A stretch of 64,000 bases of DNA from Candidatus Latescibacterota bacterium (GTDB taxonomy: Bacteria; Latescibacterota; UBA2968; UBA8231). The stretch spans positions 6,304,001-6,368,000 of the forward strand of contig OZ253462.1 of NCBI GenBank assembly GCA_965261395.1, given 5' to 3'. Within the stretch, counting starts at the first letter, position 1. The number at the start of each line of letters is the position of its first letter. Of this stretch, positions 1 through 9,091 are shown piece after piece. The position numbers were made by a program, and so were the translations under genes. The notes under the pieces are model-generated. The model did not search any database. It was given only the letters and a program-made list of their open reading frames with translations, and was not told where the DNA came from.

Positions 1-162
1 CGAGTGGCGGTCCTCCACCAAGGTATGCAGCAGGCCGGCTACCACCGGCTCCATTGGGACGGTCGAGACGACGCAGGTCGCCCTGTGGCCAGCGGCGCGT
101 ACCTGTATCGACTGGTGACGGGCGAGACTGTCTTGACGCGCAAGCTCACCTTGCTGCGTTGA
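1..162 (+). CDS. 3' end (partial) of a secreted protein with C-terminal FlgD-Ig/T9SS-like sorting domain
   Basis: Frame 1 reads RVAVLHQGMQQAGYHRLHWDGRDDAGRPVASGAYLYRL...RKLTLLR*, the same WDGRD..G..VASG.Y.YRL motif that ends the proteins stopping at 6559 and 8562; not in ORF track. Confidence 0.85.
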   Translation, partial: RVAVLHQGMQQAGYHRLHWDGRDDAGRPVASGAYLYRLVTGETVLTRKLTLLR

Positions 163-189
163 TTGGACCAATCACTAAGGAGCGACGTT

Positions 190-821
190 ATGAAGGCGGC
201 AATCCTCTGTATCATCGGACTGGTGGGAGCGTGGGGCCATGCAGAGGCCGAGCCATTGGTTGAAGGTCGGGTGCGCTTGACCTCGGGCGAGCCGGCGGCC
301 GGAGCACAGGTGCGGCTGTTCGATTTGGCCGATCTGCGCGCCGCCCCGCTCGCAGCCACCACGGATGGATCGGGGCATTTCACGCTGTCCTTGGGGCCTT
401 GAGGGGGCCGGCGGCTTTGCCGGAGCGGTTCAAACTGGGGGCGAATTACCCCAATCCGTTCAACCCTTCCACCCTCATCCCCTACCAACTACCTACGACC
501 ATGCACGTGCGGCTAAATGAGAATTACTCTGTCCTCACATCTAAGTGGCAGAGGCTCGGAGATGATGCTGAATGGAGCGACGTGGAAGGCACAGTGCGCG
601 ATAGCGAACTTTGCGCCATGACCCCAACCATGCCAGGGGAGTTCCGCTGGGTGGTAGAGGTTGAAATCGGTAGCGTAACGAATAAATACGCGAGTGGAAA
701 CACGCTGGTAATAGCTGGCGATCCCGAAGTGGTGGACGAATCGGCAGCCGAGGAGGCAGGAGACGAGACAGCAGTCGAGGCCGTCACTTGGGGATTCATC
801 AAATCGAGGGCGACGCGCTGA
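190..821 (+). pseudogene. Frameshifted, chimeric secreted protein (signal peptide + partial FlgD-Ig start + unrelated C-terminus ending TWGxIK)
   Basis: ATG 190 MKAAILCIIGLVGAWGHAEA signal peptide; frameshift in G-run near 393 joins to ALPERFKLGANYPNPFNPSTLIPYQLP; domain breaks off near 516 and continues to TAVEAVTWGFIKS. Confidence 0.65.
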
Positions 822-853
822 CCTAGCGCGGCTTTGAGTACATCGGTATCCTT

Positions 854-898
854 GCGGTAACGGGATATGGCGTTCGCGTGCCCGTATCCCGTTACCGC
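854..898. terminator. Stem-loop, probable terminator
   Basis: 14-bp perfect stem GCGGTAACGGGATA / TATCCCGTTACCGC downstream of stop at 821; no strong U-tract. Confidence 0.5.
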
Positions 899-1067
899 TC
901 TGCTACAGCTGCTCTATCGACCTTGGAAAACTGTTCATAAGTATGCCCAAAACATGAAGCGCGTCATTTAGAGTCTCTCGATGGCTGGACTTTATGGTGG
1001 GCATACAGTTTAGCCCCCAAGGAGTCCTTCACCTTATCCCGAACTCACGGTATTTATGCCAGTTTTA

Positions 1068-1211
1068 ATGGCCTTGGACATGGCTGGCGGCCAGATGTAC
1101 TGGACAGACGCGGAGAGGGGTGTTATCTATCGTGCGTCCTTGGATGGGTCCAACGTCGAAACCCTCCTCACCGGACTGAATTATCCCACCATCATCGCCC
1201 TCGGCCCTTGA
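1068..1211 (+). pseudogene. Remnant of YWTD (LDL-receptor class B) beta-propeller protein
   Basis: Translates MALDMAGGQMYWTDAERGVIYRASLDGSNVETLLTGLNYPTIIALGP*, one YWTD repeat only. Confidence 0.75.
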
Positions 1212-1231
1212 AGTCCCGGCTTTTTCTATTG

Positions 1232-1266
1232 GCTCGCCTTCGTTGCCTATGCGCACGAAGGCGAGC
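1232..1266. terminator. Stem-loop between convergent genes
   Basis: 12-bp stem GCTCGCCTTCGT / ACGAAGGCGAGC right after the stop of the 1270..2877 gene. Confidence 0.5.
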
Positions 1267-1269
1267 TGC

Positions 1270-2877
1270 CTAGTCCATAGCCTCGTACACCACGGCTATT
1301 TCCAGCTTTTCAACGACGAGTTGTGGCGCGTCGAGTGTCCGTCCTTGAGCGCTGATGCCGACCAGGTTCGCGCCGGCTGCCAAGAGTAGCCCTTCGACCG
1401 GCCAGACCAACCATCCATCGTCCGTGGTCGGCTGCTCCAGCAACGCATTGTTCAGCCGTATCTGCACGGTTCGTTCCACCCCTTGCGCCGCCGGGATATT
1501 GACGAGTTCCCCGTCGGGATGACCGATGGTTGCCACTTGCACCGGATGTAGGTGTTGGGACGCGGGCAAGTCCGCTGCGCTTGGGTCAGACAGCAGGAGG
1601 CGCAACTCGGCCGCGGCGATTCGCTCGGCGGCTAGGTCGAGCCCCACGTGTATTTGCAGCAGGAGATCGGTGTGTCCGTCGTTGGGCACGGCCGCGGGCA
1701 GTTGGGCCAGCATGTTGGTGTTGGCGTAGGCGTGCCTCGGGGTAGTCCAATCCTCGGGGTTGGGTATCACGGTGGGGCCGTGCCCGCCCCCGCGACGCTG
1801 GACGACGAAGCGCTTGTCCTTGGCACTGAGCGTTGCGACTGCGCCTAACTCTTGGTAGGCTTGGCGATGGCTGGCCCAATCTTGGCCGGCGTACGGGGCG
1901 TCGGTTGCGTAGTTGAAGTTAAAGGTGTGGATGCCGTCCGCGCCTTGCCGCCACCAATTGGCCGCCACTCCGCGCAACACTTCGATGCCGGGATTTTGGT
2001 AGCCGTCCGTAGCGTGGTGATCGTCGAGGGACGGATAGAGCTTGACCGAGGTGCCCGCGACCACGTGCTGGAAATCCGCCAAATCCACCTCAAAAGAGCG
2101 CACGCCGAGAGCCAGTAAGTCGATCAATTGCTCGCCGACCCAGCGCTCGACATCGAGCCCGTCGAAGCGGCAGCCCACGAGCGTCTCGGGTATGCGGGCG
2201 GCGAGGAGGAAGGGCCGCCCGCGCTGTGCGCCCACGGCCAATGAGAGTTCCCGCAGTTGGGCGATGAATTCAGTCAGCCGCTCGCGGTTGGACCAACCCT
2301 GGCCGGCGGGAAAGACGACCCCGCGGGCAAAGTCCAATTCCATCCCATCAAAAGGCCAGCGCTCGATTACCTCGCGCAAGTTGCGCAGGACGTAGTCGTG
2401 TACTTGGGGCAAGGCGAAATTCCAATAGCCGTTATCCGCGTGCGTACACCAAGGCGTGCGAAAGAGCCAGTCGGGATGCGCAACTTTCGCGGGGATGCGC
2501 GCAAACGGGCCGAGGTCGTTGTCCGAGCCGTTCATGCGATGCGAAAAAAAGCACTCTAGCGCGCGGCGATGGGTGGCCGCGAGAACTTGGCCGACGATAT
2601 CCGTCCCTTCGTCCGCCCACTTTTGATAGAGCGGGTGGTCGTACAGCGGCAAGTGCTGGCTCGGATAGGGAGCTTGATTCCCCTCACCCCAATTCCACCA
2701 AATGCTGTCGATCTGCGACCCGGGCGCGTCGGCGAACTCGAACAAATGCTCCACGAGATCGGGCCGATCTGGGTTGCGGCGATGCTGCACATTAATCGCA
2801 AAGGTCACGTCGAAATTGACTATGAGGCGGCGACGGCGGGCGATGGCGGCGAGGTGGGTGGGGGAGAGGGTGGGCAT
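1270..2877 (-). CDS. Glycoside hydrolase-like TIM-barrel protein (GHL10-like)
   Basis: 535 aa; SHRMN, WNFALPQV, FDGMELDFAR, G.DVERW, GADGIHTFN motifs. Confidence 0.65.
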   Translation of the reverse strand: MPTLSPTHLAAIARRRRLIVNFDVTFAINVQHRRNPDRPDLVEHLFEFADAPGSQIDSIWWNWGEGNQAPYPSQHLPLYDHPLYQKWADEGTDIVGQVLAATHRRALECFFSHRMNGSDNDLGPFARIPAKVAHPDWLFRTPWCTHADNGYWNFALPQVHDYVLRNLREVIERWPFDGMELDFARGVVFPAGQGWSNRERLTEFIAQLRELSLAVGAQRGRPFLLAARIPETLVGCRFDGLDVERWVGEQLIDLLALGVRSFEVDLADFQHVVAGTSVKLYPSLDDHHATDGYQNPGIEVLRGVAANWWRQGADGIHTFNFNYATDAPYAGQDWASHRQAYQELGAVATLSAKDKRFVVQRRGGGHGPTVIPNPEDWTTPRHAYANTNMLAQLPAAVPNDGHTDLLLQIHVGLDLAAERIAAAELRLLLSDPSAADLPASQHLHPVQVATIGHPDGELVNIPAAQGVERTVQIRLNNALLEQPTTDDGWLVWPVEGLLLAAGANLVGISAQGRTLDAPQLVVEKLEIAVVYEAMD

Positions 2878-2881
2878 GGGC

Positions 2882-3787
2882 TTATAGGTCGTCTGGCGAG
2901 GCGTTGGGGATTTGGGATTTATGCGCTAGGGCGTGTTCGTACTGTTGGGTGCAGGAGATGCGGGGGAGGTTTTCCGTTTGCGCACGGCGCAGGAGAAGGT
3001 CGAGCTGCTGCGCGCGGCGATCGATGCGATAGACGGACCAAGGGTGGAAGATGGGCAAGTAGTAGGGCAGGTTTGCTTGTTGCACATAGTCGATGCCCGG
3101 GGCGTAGGCTGCGTACACGCCTTGGGCGTCCACGGGCATGTGCGCCGGATAGGGCCAAGGGAATTGCGGCGGCCACAGGACTTTGCCCGGCTGTCCGGTG
3201 AGGATGTTGTCGTGCCAGGCGTGTGAGGGCATTTCGAGGAGGCCGGGAAAGCCCTCGCGGGCGTACCAGAAGGGCCGGTTGAGCGGCGCGGGCATGGTTC
3301 CGTCCGGCCCGGCCCCCACCGTGCGCATATAGCGGTAGCCAGCCTCCCACATCACGTGGAGGATGCGCTCTTGGCCAATGAAGCCTCGGGTGTAGCCGCC
3401 GGGCGCGGTCAAGCCGATCACTGGGCGGGCAAAGGTGTCTTCGATCAGCTTTTTGGAATCGACCAACTCGCGCTGTAAGGCGGCGGCGTCATCGGCTAAA
3501 CCGATTAGGTCTTTGTGGGTGAACGAATGGCATTGGATGTCGAAAAGGGGCTCGTCGAGGATGGCGCGGAATTCGGACGCGGCGCGTTGCAACAGTTCGG
3601 CGACGATGAAAAAGGAAGCGGGCGCCTGTCGCTCTAGATGCACTTGGGCCACGGCTCGGACGCCGGCGATGCACTCGGCTAGCCGCTCTCCCTCGTAGCT
3701 GATCCGGCCTTGGTAGCCCGGCCCGCTGGGTGCGTCCCACCAAGCGTACACGGCTTCGGTGTCGTAAGCAGATATGTAAGAAGGCAA
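2882..3787 (-). CDS. Polysaccharide deacetylase (NodB homology) family protein
   Basis: YDTE, ASFFIVA, HSFTH, GLTAPGG, FHPW motifs; 301 aa. Confidence 0.8.
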   Translation of the reverse strand: MPSYISAYDTEAVYAWWDAPSGPGYQGRISYEGERLAECIAGVRAVAQVHLERQAPASFFIVAELLQRAASEFRAILDEPLFDIQCHSFTHKDLIGLADDAAALQRELVDSKKLIEDTFARPVIGLTAPGGYTRGFIGQERILHVMWEAGYRYMRTVGAGPDGTMPAPLNRPFWYAREGFPGLLEMPSHAWHDNILTGQPGKVLWPPQFPWPYPAHMPVDAQGVYAAYAPGIDYVQQANLPYYLPIFHPWSVYRIDRRAQQLDLLLRRAQTENLPRISCTQQYEHALAHKSQIPNASPDDL

Positions 3788-3902
3788 GGGTTAGACCGTC
3801 TTTGGCTATGGGGGTGGGATGGGGTAAGTTAAGATCGGAGGCGATGGATCGTCAATTTTTTGCTGCCAACGCAATCTCGCTTACGCACCGAGGAGAACTA
3901 CT

Positions 3903-5120
3903 GTGAAAATTACCGATGTTGACATCATTCCGGCGCATGTGCCGCTCGCCGCTCGCAACGCCGAGCACGCCGTGCGCTTCCGCTCCATTGACCAGCGCAC
4001 CTTCTTCAAGGTGCAAACCGACAACGGCTTGGTGGGCTGGGGCGAGTACCGCTGTACGCCGCCGCCCGCGCAGAGCGTGGAGCGCCTCATCGGCCGCAGC
4101 CCCTTCGACTTTTTGGGCAGCGATGTCCACCTCGGCTTGGCCGGGGCCTTGTACGACGTGATGGGTCAGTATCTCGAAGTGCCGGCCTACAAGCTGATGG
4201 GCCCCAAAGTGCGCGACCGCGTGCCGGTGGCGGCGTGGACGCGGCCCGCCGATCCCGAGGAGCTGAGCCGCGAAATCGTCCGCGCCGCTGACCAAGGCTA
4301 CCGACTGTTCAAGATGCACACTTGCCAGCACTACGACGTGTTCGAGCAGAACCGCGCGGTAGAGGATGTGGCACCACCCGGCTTCAAGATGCAGTACGAC
4401 TTCAATTCCAACCGCACCTTGGCCACGGTGTTGCCTATCGTCAAACAGCTCGAAAAATCGCCCGTAGTGGGCTATATCGAGGATCCCTTGGTGCTGAGCG
4501 ATGTAGAAGGCTGGCGACGGCTCCGCGCCCAATGCGGTGTGCCATTGGTCATGCACGTGCCGCCGCTGGGCGGGTTGCAGGAGGTCGTGCAGGGAATGGC
4601 CGATGCGTACATCGTGGCCGAGTACTGCGGTGGGTTTGGCGACGCGTTGGTGCGCGGTTTGGCCTATGGCAAGGCCAATGTGCAGGTGGTGGTGCAGCTA
4701 ACCGGGGGCACCTTGGCCAAGGCGTTGGCGCTGCACTTGGCAGCCGTGCTGCCCACGGCGGCCCATTCGATCAATCTCGACGATCAGTACGAGGAGGATG
4801 CGGCCCGTCAGCGCATTGAGATCGTCGAAGGCTGTTCGCCCGTGCCGGAGGGGCCGGGCCTCGGAGTGGAGGTGGACGAAGCGGTCATCGCGCGCTTGGC
4901 GCAGCGCGGCCCAGCGGAAATCCCCCGGCACTTGGGCAAGCTGCGCCTGCCGGACGGGCACGTGCTCTACACGGCCAGCATCCCCCCGCTAGATGCGTTG
5001 ACCGGCTTTGCTGAGGGAACCATCCGGGGCTTGTCCTTTGCGGTGTGGCACGACGATGGGTCCGAGGAATTTGAGCGCATGTACGGGCGGGTGGCAGAGG
5101 AGGGGTCGGTGTTGGAGTGA
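3903..5120 (+). CDS. Mandelate racemase/muconate lactonizing enzyme family (enolase superfamily)
   Basis: MKITDV start, TDNGLVGWGE, ALYDVMG, FKMH, YDFN, IEDP, PEGPGLGVEVD. Confidence 0.9.
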   Translation: MKITDVDIIPAHVPLAARNAEHAVRFRSIDQRTFFKVQTDNGLVGWGEYRCTPPPAQSVERLIGRSPFDFLGSDVHLGLAGALYDVMGQYLEVPAYKLMGPKVRDRVPVAAWTRPADPEELSREIVRAADQGYRLFKMHTCQHYDVFEQNRAVEDVAPPGFKMQYDFNSNRTLATVLPIVKQLEKSPVVGYIEDPLVLSDVEGWRRLRAQCGVPLVMHVPPLGGLQEVVQGMADAYIVAEYCGGFGDALVRGLAYGKANVQVVVQLTGGTLAKALALHLAAVLPTAAHSINLDDQYEEDAARQRIEIVEGCSPVPEGPGLGVEVDEAVIARLAQRGPAEIPRHLGKLRLPDGHVLYTASIPPLDALTGFAEGTIRGLSFAVWHDDGSEEFERMYGRVAEEGSVLE

Positions 5121-5164
5121 GGGACTGGCGCAAGCGATTTTACTCCTCCCCAAGCCGGTCGGTC

Positions 5165-6559
5165 ATGCTGCCAAGCGCGTATTTATTGTTCATTGTTTTA
5201 GCCCCCTCGATCGTCCTAGCCCAGGCCCCGTACGGCCTGCAAGAACGGGTGCCGAACAATGCTTTGCTCATCGCTCCGGCCGAGGGACGAGTGCCCCAGA
5301 CCGTCTCCGAGTCGGGTCTGTTTAGCAATGTGGCGGCCCAGACCTTGGCTCCCGGACTCATTCCCTACGGGGTCAATTCGGTATTGTGGTCCGACGGAAC
5401 GGCCAAGACCCGCTTTATCGCTCTACCCGGGCAGAGCCAGATTGAGTTTTCCGCCTCGGGGGTCTGGAAATTTCCCCCCAACGCGGTGGTAGTGAAGAAT
5501 TTCTACCTAGAGTTGGAATCGGGTAACTTGGACAGTCGGCACATTGTCGAGACGCGCTTTTTGGTCAAGCACGGCCAAGCCGATGCATGGGACGGCTTTA
5601 GCTATAGGTGGGATCTGGAGGGCGAGGATGCGGTATTGCTCGAAGAGGCGACGACCCAGTCCTATCTCATCGCCGACCCGCAAGCCGAGGACGGCTTCCG
5701 CGAATACGTGCATTTCTATCCCGGACCCGAAGATTGCGCCTTGTGCCATACCGGCCCGGCTGGCTACGTCTTGGGGCTCAATACGGCTCAGATGAATCGC
5801 TCGTACGACTACGGCGGCATTGTGGACAACCAATTGCGCACCCTAAATCACATTGGTCTGTTCACTGAGGATATCGGCGAGAATTACAACGGCTTCCCCC
5901 GGTGGGTCGACCCCACCGACGAAAGCCTGCCGCTGGCCGACCGCAGTCGCGCCTATCTGGCGGCCAATTGCGCTCACTGCCATCGCCCCAATGTGGTCAG
6001 CCGCTCGACCATCGACCTGCGGCACGACACCCCCTTAGAGGAGACCAATACCCTAAACTGGGTTCCTTCGTTGGGTGCGCTGGGTACTGAAGAAGGGTTT
6101 ATCATCGTCCCGGGCGACCCGGATAACTCCACCCTGTACTTGCGCCTGCTCACCTTTTCCTCCAATCGCATGCCGCCGGTAGCCTCCACTTTGGTTGATC
6201 GGGAAGGCAGCGATCTCATCCGCCGCTGGATCGCCAGTATGGACCAGCCTACTGCAGTAGAAGGATTGGCGACTGTACCAGAAGAGGCTGGTTTAGAGCA
6301 GAATTTCCCCAATCCTTTCAATGCCCAAACCACCATCGTCTATCAGGTTGGGGAGACCGGCCCGGTGGAATTGGCCCTATACGATGGGGTGGGCCAGAAA
6401 GTGCGCACCTTGGTGCAGGCCGAGCAGGCACCGGGGTCTTATGCGGTGCGCTGGGATGGCCGGACCGCAAACGGCGGCTTGGCCGCCAGCGGCACGTACC
6501 TCTATCGCTTGCGAATGGGGGACTACTCGGAAGCCCGGCAACTGATGCTGGTGCGCTAG
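5165..6559 (+). CDS. Secreted diheme cytochrome c (SO2930-like) with C-terminal FlgD-Ig sorting domain
   Basis: Signal peptide; LWSDGTAKTRF, ETRFL; two CxxCH (CALCH, CAHCH); RMPP; QNFPNPFN...WDGR tail. Start ATG 5165 chosen, 5117 is an alternative. Confidence 0.85.
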   Translation: MLPSAYLLFIVLAPSIVLAQAPYGLQERVPNNALLIAPAEGRVPQTVSESGLFSNVAAQTLAPGLIPYGVNSVLWSDGTAKTRFIALPGQSQIEFSASGVWKFPPNAVVVKNFYLELESGNLDSRHIVETRFLVKHGQADAWDGFSYRWDLEGEDAVLLEEATTQSYLIADPQAEDGFREYVHFYPGPEDCALCHTGPAGYVLGLNTAQMNRSYDYGGIVDNQLRTLNHIGLFTEDIGENYNGFPRWVDPTDESLPLADRSRAYLAANCAHCHRPNVVSRSTIDLRHDTPLEETNTLNWVPSLGALGTEEGFIIVPGDPDNSTLYLRLLTFSSNRMPPVASTLVDREGSDLIRRWIASMDQPTAVEGLATVPEEAGLEQNFPNPFNAQTTIVYQVGETGPVELALYDGVGQKVRTLVQAEQAPGSYAVRWDGRTANGGLAASGTYLYRLRMGDYSEARQLMLVR

Positions 6560-6594
6560 AATTCAATACATCTCATCTGCGAGGAGCGTTCACA

Positions 6595-8562
6595 TTGCGA
6601 AAAATTATCGGGATAGTCCTAATCGGCGGGACCCTAAGCACTGCCGGTGCTGATCCTCGGCCCCTGCGCGACGATGTTCAAGTCCGCCACTTGCTCGACG
6701 TGAGCCGGCGGACCATGCGCATTGCCAAGGACCCGCGCGACAATAGCCTGTACACTCTCACGGCTACGGGCACTATTTCCCGCATTCAGATCAAGGGCGA
6801 GGACGAGCGCGTCGGCGAGACCATTGCCCGAGGGGTGCGCAACGCCGAGGGAGCGTGGAGTTGGACCCAGTTCCGTCCTGCGGAAGGGGTGCCCGAAGGA
6901 GTGCCCATCGACGAAATCCGCGCTGCGGCTGCGGCTGCGGCAACCCGGGCGACCGACCCGATCGAAGATCAAATCCACGTCCTCGATACGCGCAACAACC
7001 GCATCATCACTCCACCGAACAAAGAGGTAGCCAATCTGGACGACTATGGCATCGCCTTCCCCCAGGCCATCTACTTTGACGCCGAGGGTGCCCTGTACGT
7101 GGTGCTAGACGTAGAGGCGGCCAATGTCTCGGGCGAGGAGCGGATTGCTACTTCCGCGGACCACAAGCTCAACGATACTCAGGGCTTTGATATTGCGGCG
7201 GACGGCACGTTCTACATTGGCGGCAACAGCGGCAACACGGTCATCAATGTAGTGCGTGGGGTGCGCGACAAAGACAGCATCGAGTGGGCTACGGTGGTCC
7301 GCACCGAGCGCATTCCCCCCGGCACCAAGACCCATCCCCATCCGGCCATTGTCCTTAGCCCGGATGATCGCTTTGTGTACATCAATTCGGGATCCCGCAC
7401 CGACCACGGCGAGCTGGCCGAGGATGGGGCTTCTGCGGGCGCGCGCGAATTGCCTCTGTCGTCGGCCATTTTGCGGGTGCCAGCGGATGGCGAGGATCTT
7501 TTGATTCCGGCCGCTGAGGAGGCGCTGCAGGCTTCGGGCTACTTGTACGCCGACGGGTTCCGCAATGCCTTTGATATGGCCTTTGCCGCCAACGGCGATC
7601 TGTTTGCCGCAGACAACGGCCCGGACAGCGATATGGCCGACGAGGTCTGCTGGGTGCGGCAGGGGCTGCACTTTGGCTTCCCTTGGCGCATGGGGATCAT
7701 GGACACAGCTCAGCGCTTCCCCGACTACGACCCGGCCGCGGACTTACTCCTGCTGACCCGCTCTGACGCTAGGGATCGCGGCTTATTTTACAACGATCCG
7801 ACCTACCCGCCCCCGCCCGTGGACCGTTTTGCCGATCCGGTGCTCAATCTAGGCCCCGACGCCGACCGCTACCGCGACCCGAGCACGGGCGAGGTGCGCG
7901 ACGCCAGCGACGAGGGCGGAGCGGCCTATACCCTTACGCCGCATAGTTCGCCGTTGGGACTGGTATTTGACGTAGAAGAGGCCCTCGCGCCCGAGTTTCG
8001 CGGCGACGGCTTTGTGTTGCGCATCGGCGGAGACTGCTGCAACCTGATCAACCCCTTCGACGACCCGGACGAGGACCTCATCCACATGGATTTGGAGAAG
8101 GTGGGAGATAACTATCAGGCGCGCATGACCCAGATTGTCGAGGGTTTTAGCGGCCCTATTGACGCCGAGATCATCGGCAACAAGATCTACGTGATTGAGT
8201 GGAGTGGCGGTCGCGGCTTGTGGGAGATTACCCTGCCCGGTAGTCCGGTCACGGCAGTGGTGGAAGAAAGTGGCAGTGTGCCCGACGGGTACGCGCTGGC
8301 GCAGAATTATCCCAACCCCTTCAACTCCAACACGACCATCGCCTACGAGGTGGGCAGCGAAGGGCTAGTGGAACTGGCCCTATACAATGCTGCCGGACAG
8401 AAGATCCGCGATTTGGTGCAGGATCGGTTGGCAGCGGGACGTTACGAGGTGCAGTGGGACGGGCGCGATAACCGTGGCCGAGCCGTGGCCAGCGGCACCT
8501 ATATATACCAGCTTACCGCGGGCAATTACCAAGAGAGTCGGCCGCTGACGCTGTTGAAGTAA
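6595..8562 (+). CDS. Secreted glucose/sorbosone dehydrogenase-like beta-propeller with FlgD-Ig sorting domain
   Basis: GSRTDHGE, YADGFRNAFDMAF, DNGPD, HFGFPW, HSSPLGL; QNYPNPFN...WDGRD tail. Confidence 0.8.
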   Translation: MRKIIGIVLIGGTLSTAGADPRPLRDDVQVRHLLDVSRRTMRIAKDPRDNSLYTLTATGTISRIQIKGEDERVGETIARGVRNAEGAWSWTQFRPAEGVPEGVPIDEIRAAAAAAATRATDPIEDQIHVLDTRNNRIITPPNKEVANLDDYGIAFPQAIYFDAEGALYVVLDVEAANVSGEERIATSADHKLNDTQGFDIAADGTFYIGGNSGNTVINVVRGVRDKDSIEWATVVRTERIPPGTKTHPHPAIVLSPDDRFVYINSGSRTDHGELAEDGASAGARELPLSSAILRVPADGEDLLIPAAEEALQASGYLYADGFRNAFDMAFAANGDLFAADNGPDSDMADEVCWVRQGLHFGFPWRMGIMDTAQRFPDYDPAADLLLLTRSDARDRGLFYNDPTYPPPPVDRFADPVLNLGPDADRYRDPSTGEVRDASDEGGAAYTLTPHSSPLGLVFDVEEALAPEFRGDGFVLRIGGDCCNLINPFDDPDEDLIHMDLEKVGDNYQARMTQIVEGFSGPIDAEIIGNKIYVIEWSGGRGLWEITLPGSPVTAVVEESGSVPDGYALAQNYPNPFNSNTTIAYEVGSEGLVELALYNAAGQKIRDLVQDRLAAGRYEVQWDGRDNRGRAVASGTYIYQLTAGNYQESRPLTLLK

Positions 8563-8588
8563 GTTCTGCGGATCTACCTGTGCAGCGT

Positions 8589-8879
8589 CTATCGAGGTAT
8601 CAGGCGGATGTCCAAGCGACAGCCAACAGCTTCTGCGTATTTTTGCAGAGTAGCAAGAGAAGGGGAGTGCTTTTTATGTCGTCCTGATGCTTCAAGGCGT
8701 GCAACTGCCGGCGTTTGGGTGCCCATTTTTTTGGCAACATCAGCTTGAGTTAAACCCGCATTCTTTCTGGCTTTGAGCATTTCATCGAAGAGGGCGAATT
8801 CATCTGCCAGCGCATTGTATTCAGCGACGAATTCTGGTTCTTTCATCCATTCGTCAAGCAATTCTTTATGCGTTTTCAT
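8589..8879 (-). CDS. XRE-family HTH antitoxin (HigA-like)
   Basis: KARKNAGLTQADVAKKMGTQTPAVARLE...PSLATLQKYAEAVG; overlaps the toxin remnant upstream. Confidence 0.85.
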   Translation of the reverse strand: MKTHKELLDEWMKEPEFVAEYNALADEFALFDEMLKARKNAGLTQADVAKKMGTQTPAVARLEASGRHKKHSPSLATLQKYAEAVGCRLDIRLIPR

Positions 8880-8973
8880 GTTTAAACTCCTCCTGACGTT
8901 TGCGTGCAAGCTCCAATTCTTTTAGAGGCGTTTTCTCAGACTTCTTGATATAGACATGGAGTACAACCACCAT
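8866..8973 (-). pseudogene. C-terminal remnant of RelE/HigB (Gp49-like) toxin
   Basis: Reads MVVVLHVYIKKSEKTPLKELELARKRQEEFKHENA*, matching the LH.F.KK..KTP..EL..A..R end of Gp49/HigB toxins; N-terminal part absent. Confidence 0.75.
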
Positions 8974-9091
8974 TAACAAATACGTTAATAAAAATCAACT
9001 CATAGCCGATCCGAAAGTCAGATTGTGTTTGCCGTCTCCGCCGAGGATGGGAGGCATCTGCCTAGGTGCAAGATGCTCGTGCTGAGGTAGG

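Noticed and set aside
921-1022. Integron attC site / cassette array
   Set aside because: No RYYYAAC...GTTRRRY ends, no repeated attC-like sites and no integron integrase in the window.
9038-9058. Possible further 3'-end duplication of the amidohydrolase gene (CCGCCGAGGAT shared with 9126-9136)
   Set aside because: Only 11 identical GC-rich bases and it does not extend to the stop codon; compatible with chance.
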